A stretch of 64,000 nt of DNA from Torpedo marmorata. Lineage: Eukaryota. Every line of letters begins with the position of its first letter. Within the stretch, counting starts at the first letter, position 1. The stretch covers positions 124,434,001 to 124,498,000 of the forward strand of contig OZ360223.1 in NCBI GenBank assembly GCA_977017645.1, written 5' to 3'. A program made the position numbers and the translations under genes. The notes beneath the pieces are model-generated. The model saw only the letters and a program-made list of their open reading frames with translations, did not search any database and had not been told where the DNA came from. Of this stretch, positions 39,886 to 51,431 are shown piece after piece.

Positions 39886-39976
39886 TGTAATCATTGAGAA
39901 GGGGAGGTTGTTGCAGGAATGGCCCCACCCTCAGGTGCTGCTCACCCCCACCCTCGCCAAGCATCAGGGCACCTAC

Positions 39977-40059
39977 CTTGTCAATGGTGAAGGGTTGGTG
40001 ACCCAGGGCTGTCCTCGCCCTTTCTGTCCAGGTCTCTGGCATGGTCAGCTGGTCAGAAG
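39977..40059 (-). CDS. CHST13: CHST13-like coding exon 2 (stem region)
   Basis: Acceptor ttttgtgtcctgcag and donor AAG|GTAGGT. The exon is 83 nt, phase 1 to phase 0, open, and encodes ASDQLTMPETWTERARTALGHQPFTIDK. It joins exons 1 and 3 in frame. Length and Trp position match my recollection of CHST13 exon 2 (AFGNRALGSSW...DLDQ). Confidence 0.75.
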
Positions 40060-40849
40060 CTGCAGGACACAAAACACCACCTTGGCATGACCCACCCTGT
40101 CCTCCACACCCCACCACAGCCCACCACCAACTCAGACGTCCAGACCACTGAACACAGGGAGGCATCGCAGAAGGTCATTCCTTCCATCAGCTGTGTTCCT
40201 GAAGGTGCCCACAGCACCATGTGGTGGGAAATCATCCACAGGAGGCCATTCCAGCCATCCTGCCTGTGCTGGCCCTTTGAAGGGACTATCTGATCAATCC
40301 CTCTCCCAGCCCACTGTCCTGGGATGATGGCGACTCCATGGGACACACACCTTGGAGAATATAAAAACAAAGGAATGCATTTATCTAGCGCCCAACAGCC
40401 GGTATACAGGATAACAAGGTGTCTATTAATTCGCAGGATTACATTAATTCATTGTCGATTGTTGGGGGAGCTAGTTTAAGCGGCATTTGGACAGATACTT
40501 GAACAGGCAGGGAATGGAGGGGTACGGATGGTGTACAGGCAAATGGGAGTGGCTTTGTGCTGCTGTAAAGAACTTGGACAGAACAAAGTCTGAAGGCTAC
40601 TGCCCCATTTCAGACCAGACTCACCCGCACCAACTCCGTCTGCATCTCCCACCGCAAAGGGTATTAAAGAAGCTGTCCCACCCCAGACACACTCCCTTCT
40701 CCTCCTCCATCAGGCAGAAGAACACTCAACCGAGCTTGAAAACAGAAAGCTCCAGACTCAGAGACAGTTTTTGTCCTTCTGTGACCAGACTCTTGAATGG
40801 ACCCCTCACTGGTAAAAGATGTTGCCCCTGAAGTGTTAAACTGGACTTT

Positions 40850-43800
40850 TCTCTACACCCTGCACTCTGACTCACAGTAACCCTACACCCTGAACTCCAT
40901 GACTTACAGTAACACCACACCTTGCACTGTGACTCACTGTAACACTGTACCCTGAACTGTGACATACAGTAACATCGCACCCTGCACTCTGTTACTTACA
41001 GTAACACTGCACCCTGCACTCTGTGACTCACTGTAACACTGCACCCTGAACTCTGTGACATACAGTAACATCGCACCCTGAACTCTGTGACATACAGTAA
41101 CATCGCACCCTGAACTCTGTGACATACAGTAACATCGCACCCTGCACTCTGTTACTTACAGTAACACTGCACCCTGAACTCTGTGACATACAGTAACATC
41201 GCACCCTGCACTCTGTTACTTACAGTAACACTGCACCCTGAACTCTGACTTACAGTAACACTGCACCCTGAACTCTGTGACATACAGTAACACCGCACCC
41301 TGCACTGTGACTCACTGTAACACTGTACCCTGAACTCTGTGACATACAGTAACATCGCACCCTGCACTCTGTTACTTACAGTAACACTGCACACTAAACT
41401 CTGTGACTTACACTAACACCGCACCCTGCATTCGGTGACTCACTGTAACACTGCACCCTGAACTCTGTGACTTACAGTAACACCACACCCTGCACTCTGT
41501 GACTCACTGTAACACTGCACCCTGAACTCTGTGACTTACAGTAACACCGCACCCTGCACTCTGTAACTCACTGTAACACTGTACCCTGAACTCTGTGATT
41601 TACAGTAACACCGCACCCTGTACTGTGACTCACTGTAACACCGCAACCTGCACTCTGTGACTTACAGTAACACCGCACCCTGCACTCTGTAACTCACTGT
41701 AACACTGCACCCTGAACTCTGTGACATACAGTAACATCGCACCCTGCACTCTGTTACTTACAGTAACACTGCACCCTGAACTCTGACTTACAGTAACATC
41801 GCACCCTGCATTCGGTGACTCACTGAAACACTGCACCCTGAACTCTGTGACTTACAGTAACACCGCACCCTGCACTCTGTAACTCACTGTAACACTGCAC
41901 CCTGTACTGTGACTCACTGTAACACTGCACCCTGAACTCTGTGACATACAGTAACACCGCACCCTGCACTGTGACTCACTGTAACACTGTACCCTGAACT
42001 CTGTGACTCACTGTAACACCGCACCCTGCACTCTGTGACTCACTGTAACATCGCACCCTGAACTCTGTGACATACAGTAACACTGCACCCTGCACTCTGT
42101 GATTCACTGTAACACTGTACCCTGAACTCTGTGACTTACAGTAACACCGCACCCTGCACTGTGACTCACAGTAACACTGTACCCTGAACTCTGTGACTCA
42201 CTGTAACACTGTACCCTGAACTCTGTGACTTACAGTAACACCGCACCCTGTACTGTGACTCACTGTAACACTGTACCCTGAACTCTGTGACTCACTGTAA
42301 CACTGTACCCTGAACTCTGTGACATACAGTAACACTGTACCCTGAACTCTGTGACATACAGTAACACTGCACCCTGTACTGTGACTCACTGTAACACTGC
42401 ACCCTGAACTCTGTGACATACAGTAACATCGCACCCTGCATTCGGTGACTCACTGTAACACTGCACCCTGAACTCTGTGACTTACAGTAACACTGCACCC
42501 TGTACTGTGACTCACTGTAACACTGCACCCTGAACTCTGTGACATACAGTAACATCGCACCCTGCATTCGGTGACTCACTGTAACACTGCACCCTGAACT
42601 CTGTGACTTACAGTAACACCACACCCTGTACTGTGACTCACTGTAACACCGCACCTGAACTCTGTGACTTACAGTAACACCGCACCCTGCACTCTGTAAC
42701 TCACTGTAACACTGCACCCTGAACACTGTGACATACAGTAACACCGCACCCTGCACTGTGACTCACTGTACCCTGAACTCTGTGACTCACTGTAACACCG
42801 CACCCTGCACTCTGTGACTCACTGTAACATCGCACCCTGAACTCTGTGACATACAGTAACACTGCACCCTGCACTCTGTGATTCACTGTAACACTGTACC
42901 CTGAACTCTGTGACTTACAGTAACACCGCACCCTGCACTGTGACTCACAGTAACACTGTACCCTGAACTCTGTGACTCACTGTAACACTGTACCCTGAAC
43001 GCTGTGACATACAGTAACACTGCACCCTGTACTGTGACTCACTGTAACACTGTACCCTGAACTCTGTGACTCACTGTAACACTGTACCCTAAACTCTGTG
43101 ACATACAGTAACACCGCACCCTGAACTCTGTGACTCACTGTAACACTGCACCCTGAACTCTGTGACTCACTGTAACACTGCACCCTTAACTCTGTGACAT
43201 ACAGTAACACTGCACCCTGTACTGTGACTCACTGTAACACTGTACCCTGAACTCTGTGACATACAGTAACACTGCACCCTGTACTGTGACTCACTGTAAC
43301 ACTGCACCCTGAACTCTGTGACTCACTGTAACACTGCACCCTGAACTCTGTGACTCACTGTAACACTGCACCCTTAACTCTGTGACTTACAGTAACACCG
43401 CACCCTGTACTGTGACTCACTGTAACACTACATCCTGCACTTTGACTCACTTTTTTTTGGAATATTTTATTTTTTTATTTTTAAAGTCCACAATATAAAC
43501 AGAAAATATACAATTTACAACTATATACAACATTATCATTAAACTCTCCCTCCCCCAACTGAAAAAAGAAAATAAAACATACAAAAGAAAAGAAAGAAAA
43601 TGAATAACTAAACGTACCGTCAGTGCTTACATTGATTTTTCAATCTTTTTGGAGGCGCCACACCGTTAAATATTCTACGCTATATTGTACTGTACTTTAG
43701 GGTTTGAATTACAACTGGACCCCCATATACTACAAGTATGGTTGCCGCACCTTTACAAATGTACCGTATCTATTCCTGAGATTATATGTAATTTTCTCCA

Positions 43801-44878
43801 TAGGAATACAGCTGCTCATTTCTGTTGACAATCGAGTGATTTGAAGGGGGGAGTCAGACTTCCAAGTGACTGCTATGCATTTTTTTGCTATGGACAAAGC
43901 AACTAGCACAAATTGAATTTGGAATTTAGATAATTTGTAGCTTATGTCCATTAGATTTCCTAGGAGATACAACTCCGGGTCCAGTGGAAAGGCTACTCCT
44001 GTAATTCTGGTTAGTGTATTAGATATATCATACCAAAAGGGTCTTACCTTTGCACAGGACCAAGTGGAGTGCAGGAAAGTTCCAATTTCCCCACCACATC
44101 TGAAACACATTTCCGATATATCGGATTTTGATTTGTGTAACTTTTGTGGTGTGAGATATAGTTGGTGCAAGAAATTATATTGGACCAATCTATATCTAGC
44201 ATTAATAACCGTCGTCATAATATTCCTACACCAATCTGAACAGCAACTTTCCTGAATTGTTGTACCTAAGTCCGACTCCCACCTCTCCCTCGATCTATGT
44301 ATACCCGGCTTAGGGCCCGTTGTTTTTTGATTTCGGTAAGCTATAAGTTTTTCAATTTTAAAATACTTTTAATATTGTGGCTTAGGTCCCTTTGGCATCG
44401 TTAAAGTAACATTTATATTGTTGTATCTCTTATTTCTATTTTTATGGGTTTTATGTGACGCAAGCACGCAGGCGCTGACGTCAGTAATCTTACCATTTGC
44501 TTTTTCAGACCGCCAGAGGACGACTGCCGGGTTAACTCGGCCGGGCTCCGAGAGTACTCCCGACTAGGTCTCAGAGCCCTGTCGATTTTGACCTGCCACG
44601 CAAGGTTGGGCCTTTTCAGACTGGACATTTTACAGGTAAGTTCCCAGGAAATCGGATGGTCTGCCCACATACACTCGGCGGTGTGAAAAGGCCTTGTGAC
44701 TCACTTTAACACCGCATCCTGCACTCTGTGACTCACTGTGACACAGCATCCTGCACTCTGTGACACACTGTAAAACCATACCCGGCACTCTGTAGCTTAA
44801 TGTAACACCACACTCTGCACTCTGTGGCTCACTATATCACCGCACTCTGACTCACTGTAACACCACACCCTGCACTCT
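40850..44878. repeat. Minisatellite, about 28-30-bp unit CACTGTAACACTGCACCCTGAACTCTGTGACT, split by an L1-derived insertion (43451-44693)
   Basis: Tandem units at 40850-43450, resuming at 44695-44878; starts directly after a Rex1/Babar 3' fragment (about 40600-40840). Confidence 0.92.
43451..44693 (-). mobile_element. L1-derived composite insertion (ORF2 C-terminus + unrelated 5' module)
   Basis: Poly(T) at 43451; YRLVQYNFLHQLYLTP..CFRCGGEIGTFLHSTWSC; probable TSD TGACTCACTTT. Confidence 0.75.
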
Positions 44879-44879
44879 C

Positions 44880-45290
44880 TCAAGTTCAAGTTTATTATCA
44901 TCTGTACATTTACAACCAGATAAAACAATGTTTCTTTGGTTTGGACCACATGCACACACACACAATACAAAGCACATAATAATCACACAAATATATAACA
45001 TATGCATATATATATAATTGGAAATAATTTACTTAGTTGAAGGATACTGTTGGTCAATCTCACAGCCTGCAGGAAGAAGCTTTTTCCCAGCCTTGCAGCC
45101 CTGATTATGATACTTCTGTACATCTTCTTGAAAATAGTGGGTCAAAGATACGGTGTGCTGGATGGTAGGGATTCTCAATAATTCTTGAGCCCTATTTGAG
45201 CAACACTCCTGGTGAATGTCGTCAGTAGAGGAAAGGGAGACCCCAGTGATCTTCTTAGCTGTCTTGATGATCCTCCGTTCTGATGGTTTG
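44880..45290 (-). mobile_element. Rex1/Babar 3' fragment
   Basis: (TTCAAG)n tail; the minus strand reads IIENPYHPAHRIFDPL. Confidence 0.6.
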
Positions 45291-45769
45291 CATCTCTGGT
45301 TAGCAGCAAGAGCAAAAGGAGGTGTTGCAGAGGAGGTACACCAAGTTGATTCCGGAGATGAGGGAAGTCATTGAATGTATTTAAGAGACATTTTTGCATA
45401 GTATGAGAATTAAGAGTTATGGGTAACAGATGGGTGGGTGGAGCTGAGTCCATGGTCAGATCAGCCGTGATTCTACTGAATGGTGGAACAGGCTCGACAG
45501 GCCATATGGCCAGCTCCTGCTCCTGATGTTCTTATGAGAACAGGAGAAAATAGGAGCAGGAGGCCACCCGGCCCTCCATCCTGCCCCACCATTCAACATG
45601 GCCAGAGCTGGTCTATGTTGGCCTTGCCTTCTCTGCTGTCCCAGTTCCCAATGGCCCTCGATCCCTCGCTATCAGGGACGTACCCACCTCCTCTGTAAAT
45701 ACCCCAAGAATTCAACCAATGATCTTCATCAACTGGGGTTCAGAATGTGCAGCTCATTGCCACCAGCAG

Positions 45770-46120
45770 TTCAGTTCCGTTCAAGTGTATTGTCACATGT
45801 ACTGAAGTATGGTGCGAAAGTTCATTTTCTGAGTGGTCCAGCTAGTCAACCCATACATAGTACAGCAGTTAACACATGGAGTCCAGAGTAAAGGCAACAT
45901 AGTTTTCCTAGTGTGGAGTTCATTCAGGAATCTGATAACAGTGGGAAATAAATTGTCCTTGAATCTGGGGATGAGTGATCTCACCCTAGTGAATCTTCTT
46001 CCTGATTGGAGGGGTTGAAGCCAGTGTGGCCGATGTGAGATTAGTCTTTTAAAGTGTTAGCTGGTTTTCCAAGGCAGTGGGAGGTGTAGATTGTTGGTGG
46101 AGGGGAGGGGGGTGTGTGAT
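45770..46120 (-). mobile_element. Rex1/Babar 3' fragment
   Basis: RFKDNLFPTVIRFLN; (TTCAG)n tail. Confidence 0.6.
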
Positions 46121-46299
46121 GAATTCGATGGAGGGAAGGGTGGGTTTGTTCATTAGTTAGGCATTATAAGACCATTATAAGTCTTAAGTGACCAGAAAAT
46201 ACACTTATCTGGCATCTACCAATCCCCATAAGTGCCGGAGACCAGGGGTTTTACTGCAGTTGCTTTTTAGTTAGTGTGATGTTCTGCAGTGATTTGAAA

Positions 46300-46790
46300 G
46301 ATTGGAAAAGTGCAGAGTAGATTTACAAGGATGTTACCGGGACTTGAGGAACTGAGATATAGGGAAATATTAAACAGGTTAGGACTTTATTCCCTGGAGC
46401 AATGGAGAATGAGGGGAGATTTGACAGAGATATACAAAATTATGAGAGGTATAGATGGAGTAAATGCAAGCCAGCTTTTTCCACTGAGGTTAGGTGAGAC
46501 AAGTACTAGAGGACATGGGTTAAAGGTGAAAGGTGAGATGTTTAAAGGGAACATTAGGGGGAACTTCTTCATGCAGAGAGTAGTAAGAGTGTGGAACGAG
46601 CTGCCAGCTGAAGTGGTGAATGTGGGCTCAATTTTGACATTTAAGAAAAATTTGGACAGGTACATGGATGGGAGGGGTATGGAGGGCTCTGGTCTGGGTG
46701 CAGGTCAATTTGACTAGGCAGAATAATAGTTTAGCAGATGCTAGATGGGCAAAGGGCCTGTTCCTGTGCTGTAGTGTTCTATGGTTCTGT
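46300..46790 (+). mobile_element. CR1 3' fragment
   Basis: ORF 46310-46717. Confidence 0.85.
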
Positions 46791-47314
46791 TTGTTGTAGT
46801 ATTGTAAAATAAAAAAGGTTAGACAAAAAAAAAGTAGTTAGGACATTATGTCACAGGTTGACAAGATGTTGGTGAGACTACACATGGAGTATCATGCACA
46901 GTTCTGATCACCCAGCCATAGGAAGAATGTCATTAGCTGGAAAGAATATTAAAATATCAGTGACCACACAGAGACCAACAGATCTGTGGAATTTGATTTC
47001 AGTAATATTCAACAATTTTGGAAATAAAACACCAACTAGTCTTCGTGTTGGTGGCCATGAAAATGATTAGGATGTTGTAAAACCAGTCTGGTTCACTAAT
47101 ATTCTCCAAGGGACGACATCCACCAACCTTTCCTGGTCTGATCCACATATGACTCCAGGCTAGTCCCAAGTTATTCAGGGTCCCCTGGTGGCCTCGCAAG
47201 CCATGAGCTTGCACAGGGCCTGACCCAAACAGAAGACATAAAACTAGACAGACCTCCTGCATTGACCAAGGCATCCAATTTGGGGTCAGCAGAAGTCACT
47301 CCAAGTACAGTGTA

Positions 47315-47800
47315 ATGCACAAAAGTGCTGGAGAAACTCAGCAGGTAACACAGCATCTACAAGAAGTAAAGGCTAACTAATGTTTCAGGCCTGAGCCCTT
47401 TGTCAAGGTCTGAGCTAACAACAGGCAAGTGCCTGAATAAAACTGGGGAGGGGTGGGGGAGAGAAAAGGAGAAGGGAGGAAGGGTAGGGGGAGGAGCACA
47501 GGCTAACAGGTAATAGGTCAATATGGGTGGAAGGATAGAAGAGAAAAAAGCTGAGGTGATGGGGGAGGGGGTAGCTCTCTGAATAAAGAGGGAAGGGGTG
47601 GGGAGCTGGAGGAAAGGAGAGAATGGAATAGGGAACGAGAGAAACTCAGGGGAGGAGTTGAACAGAAACTGGAGATGTTGATGTTAATGCTGTCTGGTTG
47701 GGGAGTGCACAGACAGAATATTAGGTGTTGTCCTCCAATTTGCAGGTGACCCCGGATTGGCAGTGGATGAGAAACAGACATGTTGGTGTGGGAATGGGGT
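47315..47800 (-). mobile_element. Penelope 3' end / pseudo-LTR (a similar relic lies at about 48165-48660)
   Basis: QHLIFCLCTPQPDSININ; matches 53190-53570. Confidence 0.7.
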
Positions 47801-49599
47801 GTTTGCATTGGTAAGACCATCGTGCTACGGTTGTACTCACCTTGTTGTACCTGGGACCTGTACCCGAGTGAGGGTCAGAGTGTGTGGGACCCATCTCCCA
47901 GTGAGGGTCAGTGTGTCTGTGGATCTGATATCTCAGAGGGAATCCTTTTCTTCAGGAAACACATATACATTTTCTTGGGCCAATTGACTAATTAACACAT
48001 TCAACTATTTTGGTAGTGCACAGCAAGGATCCGTTACACACACTGAGAGCAGAACACATCCATTGTGCTGGACAGGCTATCGGCCAGAGCAAACATGGGC
48101 AGGGCAAGAGGCGGAATTAAACAACAACTTTCCCTCCTTCAGTCTAACACAGAATGAGTGCGGAGAGCACAAGAACTAAAGACACTGGAATCTTCAGAAA
48201 GCGCTGAGGCTGGAGGGAGTCAGTGAGTCAGACAACATCCGTGGGGAGAGAAAACCAGTCAGTCAACCTTTCAGGTCGAGACCTCTTCTCGAAAATATAG
48301 TTGGAAGGGGTGGCATTGCCTATCAAGGGGTGGGGAGGGGAAGCTGGGGAGGGACTAAAACCTGATAGGGTACTGGACAAAAGGTGGGAGAGGTGGAGAC
48401 AGGTCAAGGGAGAGACACTATTGGGGAGGGGTGGGGGAGAAGGTTAAAAAGAAAGGAACAGGAGTAGATAAAGAAGAGATGGAAACAGTGGAACCAGATG
48501 ATGGTAGGGTTTACCCAAAATAAGGAAAATTGAAGCTCGCACCATTGAGTTTAAGGCTGTTTAGGAGGAAGGTATTGTTCCTCAAATTTGCATTTGGCCG
48601 CACCCTAATTGGATGAGGTTAAGGCCAGACACATCTGTGTGGGAATTTAAATGGTTGGTCACTGGAAGTTGTAGCATAGACCCACAGACCGTGTCTGACC
48701 CTGGGATTGTGCGAATGGGACGGTGTGGATGGAGCTTCACTCTGTGTCTGACCCTGGGAGTGTGTGATGGGACGGTGTGGAGGGAGCTCATTCTTTGTCT
48801 GACCCCGGGAGTGTGTGAATGGGACAGCATGGAGGAAGATGGGCCGAAGGGACTGTTTGCGTGCTGTGGGACTCTGACCCGAGGCATACTGCCTGGATTG
48901 TGCAGTTTCTCCGCTCCAGCACTGCTGCCAGCAGCACCCGTGTGTTGAAGATTATAGAGTCCGGGGGCCCCCGGGAGGATGTCAGAGAAGCGGCTGTACC
49001 ACACGTTCCCTGCATGAGAATCAGACATGCCTGCACATCCAAGGGCCACGAGCAGTGGAGTCAGGAGAGGAATGTGCGGGCTCACAGGAGATCGCCGGGG
49101 GCCCATTTGGTTCTTGACTAAGCCTGGAATGTTGTATTCTTTTCCAGCAGTGGGTCCCATTGGGTATTGACTACATTCCAAGGCCAGGATTAAAATGCAG
49201 AGAGCTCAAATGCTAATGCACTCAGACAACGTACTGCAGGGAAGTGTGACATGACACATTGTGGAAGGTTAGACAAAGGAGGGGAGACTGTATGTGTGGA
49301 GTTCTCCCCATGACCATGTGAGTTTCCCCTGGGAGCGGGTCAGTTGGTTAATTGGCCGCGTAAATGACTCTGATCGTGTGGGTGAGGGGTAGACGAGAGG
49401 GGCAAAGAGGTAAAGGGGGAGAGAGAAGCGGGGGCAGGAGAGAAGTGAGGGAGAGCACTGTTCCAACCCGTGGGTGGTCAAGGACCATGGGAGGAGATGG
49501 TGGAGACAGATGGACAAGGGCTTTCAAAGGGGAATTAGAGAAAGAGAATCGTCTGGGAAAAGAGCAGGAGAACAGAATTCCGGGACGGGACCATAGGGA

Positions 49600-49920
49600 G
49601 CATCACAGGCACTGATCTCCCATCCATTGCAGACATCTACGTGAGGCACTGCCTTAAGAAGCCAGCCAACAAGAAATTCCCCCACCACCCTGGTCACAAC
49701 CTCTTCTCACTGCTACCTTCGGGCAAAGGTACAGAAGCCTGAAAACCAACACCTCCAGGTTCAAGAACGTTTATTTCCAACAGCAATCAGGTTCTTGAAC
49801 CTCCCCATACTACCCTAACCATAAACTACTCCGAGACCACCTAAAGATCTGTCTGCACTACTGAAACATTACCTTTACCCCCGCACTAACTGCAACTGTG
49901 AATATTACATCACTTAGACT
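49600..49920 (+). mobile_element. Rex1/Babar 3' fragment
   Basis: HHPGHNLFSLLPSG; matches 55190-55520. Confidence 0.75.
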
Positions 49921-50344
49921 GAAACTAAGACACTAAGTTATTTTCCCGGGAAAGGTTGTCTCAGCATTCCCTCCCCCCTCAATAGGACCACCTCTCAGAC
50001 TTCCAAACTCCAAACAGGATAGACTTAACCACCTCAATCTTTCAACGTATGTTAGCCCTTCACTCCCAGAGTCAATCATGGATCTGCCTCCAATGCAAGT
50101 CCGTCCAATACAACCAAAAGCCTGAACATGCACAGAGTGCTCCAGATGTGCTCACACCACTGCATGCACTGTTCCACGGAGTCAGAGATACAGCACAGGA
50201 CCAGGCCCTTCAACCCTCTGAGTCTGTGCTAACCATCACCACCCATTTATACTGATCCTACCCTGAACTATTTTTTATTCTCTCCTCGTTCTCGTCAATT
50301 CACCCCCCACCCCAGATCCTCCCCCTCACCCACCCACTGGTGGC

Positions 50345-50512
50345 GGGGGGCAATTAACCTACTGACCTGCACAACTTTGGGATGTGGGAGGAAACCAAAG
50401 CACCCGGGGGAAACTCACACGAACACAGGGAGAGCATGTAAACGCCACACAGAGAGTGCCGGAGGTCAGGATTGAACCCGGGTCACTCGAGCTGTGAGGC
50501 AGCAGTTCCACT
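50345..50512 (-). mobile_element. V-SINE (older), head-to-head with the next copy
   Basis: Reverse-complement V-domain and tRNA B-box. Confidence 0.65.
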
Positions 50513-50563
50513 TGCTTCCCTGATTACTTGCAGTACCTGCTTGCATTCCTTCCTCCCCTTCTT

Positions 50564-50815
50564 GGGGCGGCACGGTTGGCGTAGTGGTTAGCGCAACGCC
50601 TTTACAGCGCCAGTGATCGGGACCGGGGTTTGAATCCCGTGCTGTCTGAAAGGAGTTTGTACGTTCTCCCCGTGTCTGCATGGGTTTTCACCGGGTCTCC
50701 GGTTTCCTCCCACCATTCGAAACGTACTGGGGGTGTAGGTTAATTGGGTGTAAATTGGGCGGCACGGACTCGTGGGCCGAAATGGCCTATAACCATGCTG
50801 TATGTCTAAATTTAA
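50564..50815 (+). mobile_element. V-SINE
   Basis: Full head, V-domain and CR1-like tail. Confidence 0.85.
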
Positions 50816-51431
50816 AAATTCTCCAGCCCTCACCCCCCCACCCCCGAGCTTTTTCCACAAAACTTTCAACATGACCACTAGTCCTTGAACAACACACTCA
50901 TGGGGACAACTACTCTCTATTAGCGCCCCCCCCCAAACTCTGCTCTGATCATCAATTGTCAAGACTCCTCTCAACCTTCTTTGCTCCGTATGCTCCATAT
51001 TACCACAATGCAATACATTTGTGCATGGTTTTAAACCTTGCCTTTATTGCCACACTTCATATCAGCTTCCAGGCTCATTTCCAATTTATAGTGGGAATTT
51101 CCTATGTAAAATGCCAGGCTACACTTCCACCTCTGTGCCAGTAGGGGCATGATGGTGCTACACGATAGTCCTCATGCTTGAAGTGTGGCTGAACCCCACA
51201 GGTCTCACCTGCCTGACTCTTACAGGTCAAACAGCTGGAGTATTTGATCCTAAATCATGCAAATCTCAGAAATACAGATTTTAAAAAGCTGGTCTCAGTA
51301 ATGATGATCCCTGGATCATTAGAAAAGCCCAGTATTTACTAGCGTCCAATGGGGAGATCTGCTGCCTTTACACGATACACGAGTCCAGACCCACAGTGCA
51401 TGACTGATTGTCCCAGCCAACAATTGGAGCT

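Noticed and set aside
46180-46257. Tc1/mariner-like TIR (GGGGTTTTACTG)
   Set aside because: Single short end with no partner TIR or TSD; too weak to call.
48582-49181. 199-aa minus-strand ORF with a phase-1 acceptor as an alternative exon 2
   Set aside because: No good phase-0 donor, runs into a repeat, and has no family similarity.
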